Below are positions 28,827-39,193 of a DNA stretch of 64,000 bases, piece by piece. Under the pieces are notes generated by a model, which saw only the letters and a list, made by a program, of their open reading frames with translations, searched no databases and was not told the origin of the DNA. Numbering within the stretch: the first letter of the stretch is position 1; each line of letters opens with the position of its first letter. Origin of the DNA: Basidiobolus meristosporus CBS 931.73. Lineage: Eukaryota; Fungi; Basidiobolomycota. The stretch is taken from NCBI GenBank assembly GCA_002104905.1, contig MCFE01000154.1, positions 62,001 through 126,000 of the forward strand, written 5' to 3'. Position numbers and translations under genes: made by a program.

Positions 28827-30078
28827 GCAAATAAAGAAAGGTGATTCTACAGTGGAATATATGAATTGCACAAGGGGAGGTAGAAAAGGGAAATACCATT
28901 TGGTAAATTGGTACGGTGGCATTATACATAACCAGCAGCAGGCTGTCATACTGCTATAAAAAATGCCATCAGAGTCTTGCTGTGAGGCCGTCAAAATACC
29001 GTCAAGCTTCTTGCCATATAAGGCAATTGGAAGTCCTGGCCAACTGGATCCACTTAAAATAGTAATAGAGCGCTGAAAGACCGCAACAATAACATGCAAA
29101 TATTGTCACAGCACCAATCAAAAATTGTCAAGTTTTATCCCTTTATTTGGCTGAAAAATTTGCAAAACACCATCATGATCTTGTTATAAGATTGTCAGAA
29201 GGGTCACTAATTCCAAGCTGCTGCTATTATGATGGTCTCTGAACGGGATCTTGACGGATGATCCGGATTGGATCCACCCGCGGGACCAAATTATTTTTCA
29301 TAGGGTATAGTCTCTTCTAATGTTTCTAAGTTATTAGACTTGTTCCATCGTACCGTGCCAGGGCGCGCGGCGCAATCCGCGGTCGCAAAGAACGATTGGG
29401 CGCGATATTATGGCTACCAGAAGACAGGATCGTTCTTGGACGATTTTGCACTATGCGGGACAATCTTGCACACTATGGCACAATCTGACACGATGAGGTT
29501 GGCACGGATGATCGCACCAACTTGTAATGTTTGCATCACGTGCGCGATCGGATACCGCTATAATGGCAGGTAAAATCCGGTATTTGGATATGTTTCTTTA
29601 ATGTAAATGGAAATAAATGTGTATCACACTATAAACTATACTGATACTTACCATTTTGGTTACCCTCACTCCAATTGGACGGTATCTCAGTGGTTAATTG
29701 GTCCAAAAGTATCCTGAAGCTGGCATCCCCCAATTGGCTCATTGACTACTAAAAAAGCTACCTGATTTGCCAACAAATATCCCATTTTGCCCATTGAGCA
29801 AGTAAATCCCTGATCCTAGTGATTGGGCTAGGTGTCATAGCTAGCACTCAAGCGATCGTGTAGGTGCGGAACAGATCCAATTGCTGCACTGGTATTACAG
29901 ATGACGTATATATATGCAGGGTGTTTATTTATAGGGGTTCTGTCTCAAATGTGAGACAACCTTGATATTACTTATATCAAAAATTTGATGATCACTGATT
30001 TGCAATGGCTCGATTTGGATCGCAAAAAAAAAGGGTTGTCGGGATCATTACAAATGTGAGCGATTCAAAGCAATCGCA

Positions 30079-31326
30079 TCATCTTCTCCTGGGTTTTTTT
30101 CTCACAGGGATTACTACTGAAGCATTTGGTAGTGACTCACTTTGCACACCTATACTACTTCCAGGCTGACTATCATCTTGGCTACTTGTGTATTTGTAGT
30201 CAGTATTTTGCCTCCTAGTTGATGACTGCGATGCTGCAGCTTGGCCGCGCTGAATTGCTCCGACTGAACTAACTGAACCGGCCTGTAGTGCCACGCGCTG
30301 ACGCGTTCTTTTACTTGCCAAGGGCTCTGGTGGTTGAGGCACTTCATGTTGGTCATCATCAGTCAGTTCACCAGAAGTAATTCGCTGATGGTCGGGCAAA
30401 ACGGCACGCACAGGCGCGCCTTGACGCGTTGAGATGGCCCTTGGCTGAGTTTGATGGGATGCCGCATGTTGACGCGACTCGGTCCGCTCCAATGGACTCG
30501 TGTCTAAATGAGCAGTTTGGCGAGTTCTCGTAGTTTTGCTCTGAAGCGCGCGCGTTGACCCGACGCGCGTTGACTCGACGCAGGGCGTTCTGGTAAAGGG
30601 TGTTGGCGTGGTCTGGACTGACGTGCGCCGGTGCGCTGTGGTTGCAAGAGATGGTAGGGAATCCAGCGAGGCGTGCTGGCGCGATCTGGACGATGTTGCC
30701 CGCGGTCTGTATTCTTCCTCCTGAAGCTCACCATCTGATTCCTCAAGGTATTGACTTACCCTCTGTCTGATACTTTGGAGCTGTTGCCTGGATGAGTCCT
30801 GTGTATATTGCTCTCGGAAGCCACTTAGCTCTACTAATATATCACGTAGTACATTAGTCATTTGAGGCAAAAACTCATTCAAAATCTCTTTGGTTCCCAA
30901 AGTTGAGGCACGAACGGACGCGTCCGGCCCGTACTGGGCAAATTGCGCGCGAAATTGTTCCCGCGCGGCTTCTTTGTCAAATCCCCTCACTCTCAGCTCA
31001 TTCTTGATTTCAATACTTGTCTTGTTATATATCTTTTTACATACATCGGCTGGCATCTTGATGTAGAACTCATGCCACAGCTTTCTACTCAAATTCTTCC
31101 ATCTTTGTCGACTCTCTGAGGTATCTAGTTCTGCTAGATTAATCAGTAGTGCCCAAATATCTGTATGAAGGCTCATCATAGACACTTGGGCCATACTAAA
31201 ATCATTTGGCAAGAACTCAAATGGATCCGACATCGACTTTTCCGGTCCGGACCGCGCTTGTGAGCTGGGGGATGGGTTTTGTCTGGGTTGTACTAAAGAT
31301 GAGTTGAGGCTTGGTATGGGGACCAT
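30079..31326 (-). CDS. Pangu-like ORF2, 415 aa. N-terminal helical region (possibly Myb/SANT/MADF-like) plus a low-complexity basic tail ending RKKPRRR.
   Basis: Open 415-aa frame from an ATG. The segment IWALLINLAELDTSESRQRWKNL resembles MADF/Myb helices (inference). PHIS elements typically carry such a second ORF. Confidence 0.75.
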   Translation of the reverse strand: MVPIPSLNSSLVQPRQNPSPSSQARSGPEKSMSDPFEFLPNDFSMAQVSMMSLHTDIWALLINLAELDTSESRQRWKNLSRKLWHEFYIKMPADVCKKIYNKTSIEIKNELRVRGFDKEAAREQFRAQFAQYGPDASVRASTLGTKEILNEFLPQMTNVLRDILVELSGFREQYTQDSSRQQLQSIRQRVSQYLEESDGELQEEEYRPRATSSRSRQHASLDSLPSLATTAHRRTSVQTTPTPFTRTPCVESTRVGSTRALQSKTTRTRQTAHLDTSPLERTESRQHAASHQTQPRAISTRQGAPVRAVLPDHQRITSGELTDDDQHEVPQPPEPLASKRTRQRVALQAGSVSSVGAIQRGQAAASQSSTRRQNTDYKYTSSQDDSQPGSSIGVQSESLPNASVVIPVRKKPRRR

Positions 31327-31685
31327 AGCAACGGATTTGGATACTTATACAGTAGTATATTGGCATCAACCTGGTCTTATATGAAATATATATGAAAACT
31401 AATGTGATTGTTGAATTTTCCATATGTTATGCATGATGCATCTCGGATTGCGTTGACACGGATCAGATCACATCAATCGCAGATTTCCTATTTGATTATA
31501 GACCTATGATTAAAGCATCAATAAAAGTACCAAGGCATTGTTTGCGGATGATTCTTGCAACATAATGATGGTATACATGGCAATTGATGGAGATTTAACC
31601 ATAATGTGTTAAAAATCAGATAAATAACGCGGATTGCGCCGAATCAATTCAAACCGCCTTTATACGATCATCCATCAATTTTAAT

Positions 31686-32570
31686 ATGACTTACTCATCT
31701 GAATGGTCTTTTCTCATCAATCCCATCACTACCACTGGATTTCCTTTTGACACACTGGAGGAGATCTATACCAAGTACTGTGGACCATCAACCCCAATCT
31801 ACTCAAGGAGATCCCTTGTTAAGCTTCTCTGCTATTACAAGAACTATTGCCCTACAAGGTTTCATCCCACCATCCATGGCAACAAAAGTCCTAGAAGCTT
31901 TCATTCCCAGCTGACAGCAATGGAGAACCACCTTGCAGAGGGTATGAATGACTTAGAGCAAGCTTGGAATACTAGGTTCAGAAGCTCCAATAGACTTCCA
32001 TATCCCAGAGTGTTCAGCAATAGGTTCCATATCAGGAGTATTTTGGATACCTTCCCAGTGAGGATTAACAGACCTTCTAGAGGGCAGAGGCACTTTTATT
32101 CTGGCAAGTACAAGGCACACTGTGTGAAGTTTCAAGCACTGTCTGACATTGAGGGCAACATCATCTGGTTTAGTGGGCCATTTGCTGGAAGTAGGCATGA
32201 CAAAGCACTCTGGGTAGAGAATCATCCTGAATTCAGTAGAGGGGAGAAATGTATGGCAGACTTAGCCTATATAGGAGAGGATTGTCAGAGATTAGGATGT
32301 ATTACAGCTTATAGGAAGCCAAGAAATGGTGTGCTTAGCAGGAAGCAGAAGCTCTACAATGAGATATTTAATCATTTCAGAGTGAGGGTAGAGCACACAT
32401 TTGGATATCTGAAGAGATTCAGCATATTGGCAGGTAAATACAGAGGAAAGTCATATATAGGTGAAAACAGCAGGATAGGTAAAATAGTTAAGATACTTAT
32501 TAATGCACAGTATGTTCATACAAGAAGACATCCACTGAGAGAAATGTGTCTGGAGCATTATGAAGAGTAA
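31686..32570 (+). CDS. DDE_Tnp_4 (IS5/PIF-Harbinger-like) transposase, 294 aa
   Basis: ILDTFPVRI (D1), FYSGKYKAHCVKFQ, GPFAGSRHD, MADLAYIG (D2) and RVRVEHTFGYLKRFSIL (E). Confidence 0.93.
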   Translation: MTYSSEWSFLINPITTTGFPFDTLEEIYTKYCGPSTPIYSRRSLVKLLCYYKNYCPTRFHPTIHGNKSPRSFHSQLTAMENHLAEGMNDLEQAWNTRFRSSNRLPYPRVFSNRFHIRSILDTFPVRINRPSRGQRHFYSGKYKAHCVKFQALSDIEGNIIWFSGPFAGSRHDKALWVENHPEFSRGEKCMADLAYIGEDCQRLGCITAYRKPRNGVLSRKQKLYNEIFNHFRVRVEHTFGYLKRFSILAGKYRGKSYIGENSRIGKIVKILINAQYVHTRRHPLREMCLEHYEE

Positions 32571-35500
32571 ATAAAGCAAGGAAAGCACTATTCTGAGCAA
32601 CATAAGTAAGATTGAGTAAAATTACCAGTAACTGTATCATACCACTGGCATCATGGTAGAAATTATAGTGCCAGATAGTGCCGTAGAGTGCCAGATCGAT
32701 CCGGCACTATAAACAGGCTGGCACTATGTGGCACTATCCAATGGAACAAGTCTATTGGGGGCTGTGATAAGAACATCCACTTATAGAGCTAATACAGCTG
32801 GATTCTCTCTGTCTGGCTCATAGTATTGACTATAATCAGCATTACTCCTTTTGAAACTCAAAGATTCCAAATATGAATCTATCTTGCAATTCCAGGCTCT
32901 TGGTGATTGTCAGAGAGCATATAGTGACTTTTAAGCTTGCAGACCAAATGGGGTTTATCTTGGTCAGCAAACCCATCAGGCTGGTCCATATATATATCCT
33001 CAGCAGGTCCTCCATTCAAAAATGCAGTTTTACATCCATTTGATGAACAAGAAACTTGTATTTGGCTGCAATAGCCAATAATAATCTGATGAAATTAAAC
33101 TTGGCTACTGGTGCAAAGGTCTCAGTATAGTCAAGTCCTTTTACTTGACAGTATTCTTTGGCCACAAGTCTTGCTTTGTAGCTTTCAATTATACCATCAG
33201 CCTTTTATTTTGTCTTGAAGACTCATCTGCATCCAATTGATTTGTGGTTGATTGGAAATTTGATTAAGTCCCAAGTTTGATTTTCCATCAGGGCCTGATA
33301 TTCCTCAGTCATTGCAGATCTCCAAAACTTTGTCTGAGCACTATTCAGGGCCTCTTTACAGTCCAGGGCTCATCAATATGGACTGAATAGGCACAGGCTA
33401 AGTTTGTACTCTCATTGATATACTAACTTGGGCTATCTCTTGTCCAATTGGATCTCTGGGCATTTGATATTGAAATGATCACTTCTGGAATAATCCTGGG
33501 CACTGCTTCAGGCTGAACCACAGTTGTAGAGTCCTCTGGAGTGTAAGAATTATCATTGTTTTGCTCTAATTCAATCCTGATAATTGGTGGACCTGAGATC
33601 AGATTTTGTCATCATCTGATGTCATTTTTTGTGAAAACTTTGAGTTTGCATAACACAGCATATCCCTGGACTTAATCAGCACCTTTGTTATGATATTGTA
33701 GAGAGAGAAAGCCTTAAAGTACAAGAAGAAATAGTAAAGTGCCTTCAACTGCATTTGTCTTAATGTTAAAGACAAACTGCTAGCTCAATGCTCAAGAACA
33801 AAAAAAGCAAAGAATGCCTGGAAGGCATTAGAAGACACCTACCAGTCATTTTCAGCTGCTAAGAAAATGTATCTGAGACAAAAATTCCTTACTACAAAGA
33901 TGCTGCCAGGAGAAGAAATGTAAAGTACAGTTAATCAAATTACCCTGCTGGTGGATGAGATGGAATCTGTGTGCATACCAACTACTGATGTGGATAGATA
34001 GCTACCATCCTGAATAGCCTGACAGACAAGTTTCAAGGCCTTGTATCAGCCCTAGAGTCAAGAACTGGAGATCTGACCCTAGATTACATATATGGTAGGC
34101 TCCTGGATGAAGAATTAAGAAAATCAAGTGCAAATTAGAAGGAAGAAGAAAATGCAATAATAAGCAATGATAATCAACAAAGGAGGTACCCAAGACCCTA
34201 CAAAGGCAACAGCAACCTGTTTTGTAATTACTGCAAAAGGAAAGGACACAGATCAGACTGGTGCTTCAAAAAGAAAGATAGTCAGCAGAAAAAGCCTGAA
34301 TATGGAAATGCTTCAACAACTGAAGATAGACTATTGATATCTGCACTATATATGACCACAAACATGGATTCTCAGATGTGGTATATTGACTCTGGAGCAT
34401 CTCAACACTTTGCACACCAAAAAGAGCTTTTTACCCAATATGATGAAATTCCAATTAGGAAGGTTTTCATGGGTGACAATGGAACACTTGATGCAGTGGG
34501 AGAAGGAACTATCCAAGTAAAACTTATAAGCAGTAAAGGAAGCCATACACTGACCTTCAAAAAAGTACTCTATGTACCAGAAATAGCCAAGATCCTACTG
34601 TCTGTAAGCAAGGCCATAGCAGAAGGACTCAGCTTCAGCTTTGACAATTTTGGATGCAAGATCACTGTTCAAAATGGTTCCCATATTGCTTTGGGTATCA
34701 GAGATCAGAATCAATACAAGTTGACTTATATGCCAACATATCTGGAAGCCAATATAAGTAACTTAAATGAAGAAACAACAGTGCTTTGGCTCAGGAGATT
34801 TTAGCACATCAATTTTGATTATTTGTGCAAAATGATCAAAGATCAGCTAATTTCTGCAGTAAGGACTGATCCCCCAGCTAGTTTGGAGCCCTGTGAAGCC
34901 TGCAGTTATGGGAAACAAGTCAGACAGCCACTCAAGAGGTCTGGGCTAATCAAAACTAAGAAGAAATCAGATCTAACTCACTCAGATCTGTGTGGACCTA
35001 TGCAAAATTTATCCTTAGGTGGGATGAAGTATTTGATCACTTTTATTGATGATTATACAAGATACACATGGGTCTACTTCATGTAGAGAAAGGAACAAGC
35101 TCTGTTTATGTTCAGGGAGCTCAAAGCCATGATGGAGAGAAAACCTGGTGAAAAATCAAGAAAATACGCTTTGATAATGTTGGAGAATATATCTCAAAAC
35201 TCTTCATCCACTTCTGCAAAATTCATGGGATAAAGCAAGAGACTAGTGTGCCATACTCTCCACAGCAAAATGGTGTAGTAGAACATGCTAATATATCAAT
35301 AATTGATATGGCAAGATCTATGATCCATGATCAGAAATTGTCCTCTGATTTTTGGGCGGAATCAGCTGCCACTGCTGTATATCTTAAAAATAGGAGTTAT
35401 AATAGAATACGTTGTAATTCTACTCAATTTGAAGCATGGTGTGTATACAAACCAAGCACAGAACATCTAATAATACTTAGGTGCACAGCATATGCCAAGA

Positions 35501-38496
35501 AATTGCCTGGAAATCAGTCAAAATTTGAGCCAAAAAGTGTAAAATGCATATTTTTGGGTTACTGCAATGAGAGTAAAGCATACAGACTCTACAATACCAA
35601 AGCAAAGAAGCTCATCAAGCCCACAGCTGTGTTGTTTGATGAAAATTCAAAATTTTCACAAAATAGACATCAGATGATAACACAAATCTAATCTCAAGTC
35701 CACCAATTGTCAGGATTGAATCAGCGCAAAGTAATAAAATTTTTTCACTCCAGTGGACTCTACAACTGTAGTTCAGCCTGAAGCAGCGCCCAGATATATC
35801 CCAGAAGTGCTCATTCCAGTATCAAATGTATGGAGATCCAATTGGACAAGAAATAGCCCAAGTTACTATATCAATGAGAGTACAAACTCAGCATATGCCT
35901 ATTCAGTCGATATTGATGAACCCTGGACTGTAAAGAGGCCCTAAATAGCCCTCAGACAAAGCTTTGGAGATCTGCAATGACTGAGGAATATCAGGCCCTG
36001 ATGGAAAATCAAACTTGGGACTTAGTCAAATTTCCAATCAACCAAAAATCAATTGGATGCAGATGGGTCTTCAAGACAAAATACAAGGCTGATGGTATAG
36101 TTGAAAGTTACAAAGCAAGACTTGTGGCCAAAGGATACTGTAAAACAAAAGGACTTGACTATACTGAGACCTTTGCACCAGTAGCCAAGTTTAATTCCAT
36201 CAGATCATTATTGGCTGTTGCAAACAAATACAAGTTTCTTGTTCATCAAATGGATGTAAAACTGCATTTTTGAATGTAGAACCTGATGAGGATTTATATA
36301 TGGACCAGCCTGATGGGTTTGCTGACCAAGATAACCCCCATTTGGTCTGCAAGCTTAAAAGTCACTATATGCTCTCAGACAATCACCAAGAGTTTGTAAT
36401 TGCAAGATGGATTCTTATTTGGAATCCTTGAGTTTCAAAAGGAGTAATGCTGACTATAGTATATACTATAAGCCAGAGAGTGCAAGTCCAGTTCTATTAG
36501 CTCTATATGTGGATGATCTTATATCTATGAAAAATTATTGAGATGATCCCATCAAATGGCTGTCACAAAGTTAGAGTCCCATGACTAAGAGGTACTGATC
36601 TTGCTGGAACACCGGTTAGAGACCGTTGAAAAATAATTGCACCCCAGATTTCATAAAAAACTTAGTCAAAATTTTTCATCACAACAATGTATAAGTGGCT
36701 TTTGATTGGTTCCCTGCCAATTTGCTTACTTTCTGATCCTGAACACTCTATCACCTCCTACATTTGTGTGAATTGATTGGCTACTGCCTCTTTTTCACAC
36801 TCCTTACTTCCTGCCTCAACCATTTCTCCTATGTTTCATGTGTACCAATTGATTTATTTCCATTGAAACTTCAGTTGTACCTCAATTGCCAATTGTATTG
36901 ACCTATACAAGTCCCTGTACCCTACACTAACATTAAGCCCAACCCCACACTCAACAAGTAACTCCATTAAAATGCACCACTCAATATGTATTTCTGCTGT
37001 GATGCTCTGGTTCCACAACTTTGGCGGGAACCCAATGGCTTTATGCCACTGTTCACTCACTGGTTCCCACAAGGCCTGGTCTTCAGCTAGCACTGCAAGG
37101 TCTAACTTCTCATCTGCCAATCTTTGCAATAAATCCTTGCAATATTCCAGTGCATTTTCTTGAGCACTGCTCTTGAAGAAGTGCTGCAACCTCTTGGTGT
37201 GCCTATTAATGTTCCAAAACTCCACTGAAGGCATTGTGATAGTCTTTTGAGTTCTTGACATTGTGGTCTTGTCTGTCAGTGGGATCTCCACTCTGTCAAC
37301 AATGGAGGCTGTGGTAGACAAATTGGCTTTTTCAGTAAACTCATCTACCTTGCTGGAGTGTAGCTCAACTGGCTGCGCTTCCAACTCCTGTGAAAACAGC
37401 TGTTTTCTTGTTGGTAATTCTTCTTGGCTATGATGGGATTCAGTCTGTTCCTGGCTTGCAGTGTTAATTGGCAGAGCTGCAGGCTTTTTTTGCATGCCTC
37501 TCTGTCTCAGGCTTGGGTAGACATTTTTCCCTTACCTTTTCCATTATCACTGCCAGATCTTTCACTGTTACTTTGTCTGAGTGCTTCTTGTAAAGAACTA
37601 CATTTTTGCCTGGATAAATTCTGCTCTGATGCATCTGTTTTGGCCTGTTTGTCCCTTGCTGGCACTCTTCTGGCAACCTGACATTTCTTTTCTGCTTTTT
37701 TTGAGCTCCCAACTGTAGTTATGGCAGGCACCTGTAAGAGCAGCTGGTTTTTATCACTGCCAGGTCCTTCACTGCTACTTTGACTAGGTGCCTGTTGAGT
37801 GGTACTATGCCTTTTCTTGATAAATATTGTGCTGGTGCATCTGTGTCTGCCTGGTTGTCCCTAATTGGTACTCTTCCAGCTACCTAATGTCTCTTTGATG
37901 CTTGTCTGGAGCTTGTGGCCCTGCATGTAACAGGCTCTTGAGGAAGCCACTTGTATTTAGCCATGGCACCCTTGTTCTTCTGCCTTTGATAGTTTCTGCT
38001 ATTTTTAAGATACTTTCTTAGCATACCAATGCTTGCCCAATATCTGTTAGCCTGTTTGAATCCAGGATAATGCTCATGGAACAAGTCAAGTGCATTCTGT
38101 TTGGCCTTGAGTTCCTGATGATCCCTTGGTATGCTGGCCTTAAGGTGATGGCATGCTAGACTTCTGACAGCCTCTTGTATATTAGCCCACTCTTCATTAT
38201 TGCATTCAATGGCTTCACAGATCTTCTATGTCTTTTCATTTTTAGGCTTTGGTTTAAACACCACATTGTCTCCCTCCCATGCTGTGATAGGTTCATCTGT
38301 GGGCTTTATCTTCAGGGACTGTTGTTGTGCTTTAAAGTCTGCATGGTGTTCTTATGCTATTACACTAGGAAATAGCTCAATTCTTGGCTGTGACATTGAG
38401 CTACTTGAGTTCCTTCTTTGCAGCAAAAATACTGCTCTCTCTACCTTGAATATTGATTACTCTACATGTATTATCTGCTCATCCTGTTTCTGGGCT

Positions 38497-39193
38497 TGTT
38501 GTATCCAAGAGAAAGTGTAATAAAACTCTTGAATGGTTTAACTGAACCAAAGGGACAATTAAGTGCAGAATCTTAGAATTGTCAGAGAGTGGTGGAAATA
38601 TTAGCAGAAAGATTCTGATCTAATATTGGTCTTGGATATAGCTGGGTTGGCTATAAAGGCAATGATATTTGTTTGCTAGGCAGGCTAGGCTTGGTGTTCT
38701 TTGGAGTGCTAGATATACTAGGCTTGGATAGAAACTAGAACAGAATTGCTGGATTCTTATTTTTGCTGAGACAGAATCTTAATTTTGTTGAGACACACAC
38801 TAAACCAAAAGGTTCAGTAAACTTTATTTATACTTTTCTGATCAAGTTGAATTAGTCAGCACCAAGGGACTGGATTGATTGAAATCAATTTGAGTGTTCA
38901 TAGGTGCATAAGATAAATGAAAATTACATCATCAATCAAATGATGTCTTGGCAACTGCACAGTGGTTAGATAGATCTCAGATGACTAATCACCTGGGAAG
39001 GCTTGGCAGATAGGCTGATAACATAATGACCATTTGAAAAGAGATCAGGTGTGATAGCTAAAAATAGATTCTGAGGTGGGATAAAATAAACTGTAACTGG
39101 GATTTGTTATGTTTGAGTTAGGGAAAATCAGTTAAGGTACTAGATTTTCAAACGGAGTAAAATTGGCTAAGTTTTAAATGTTGATGCAGAACA
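38497..39193 (-). repeat. 3' LTR of chromovirus C
   Basis: Direct repeat of 43719-44415. Confidence 0.95.

Larger units (their letters stand above)
23507..29305 (+). mobile_element. Family A CACTA-like transposon, copy A1 (best preserved, 5.8 kb)
   Basis: Termini TCCTATGAAAAATTATT / AATTATTTTTCATAGGG, flanked by TATA(G) on both sides. Subterminal inverted motifs GATCCCGT/ACGGGATC and GAGACC/GGTCTC. ORF1 and the transposase are divergent. Confidence 0.93.
29336..32753 (+). mobile_element. PIF/Harbinger-superfamily (Pangu-like) transposon, copy 2, both ORFs intact (potentially autonomous)
   Basis: TIRs AGACTTGTTCCAT / ATGGAACAAGTCT (13-bp perfect) and 3-bp TSD ATT (29333-29335, 32754-32756). 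Confidence 0.95.
22242..33700 (-). mobile_element. Ty1/Copia copy 2 (5'-truncated). Own segments are 22242-23506, 29306-29335 and 32754-33700.
   Basis: 3' LTR at 22242-22589. RT/RNase H ORF 22660-23499 ([23 protein letters not shown]). Removing A1 and Pangu 2 restores ..VD(V)LITAPNNLETLEETISSL.. Confidence 0.9.
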
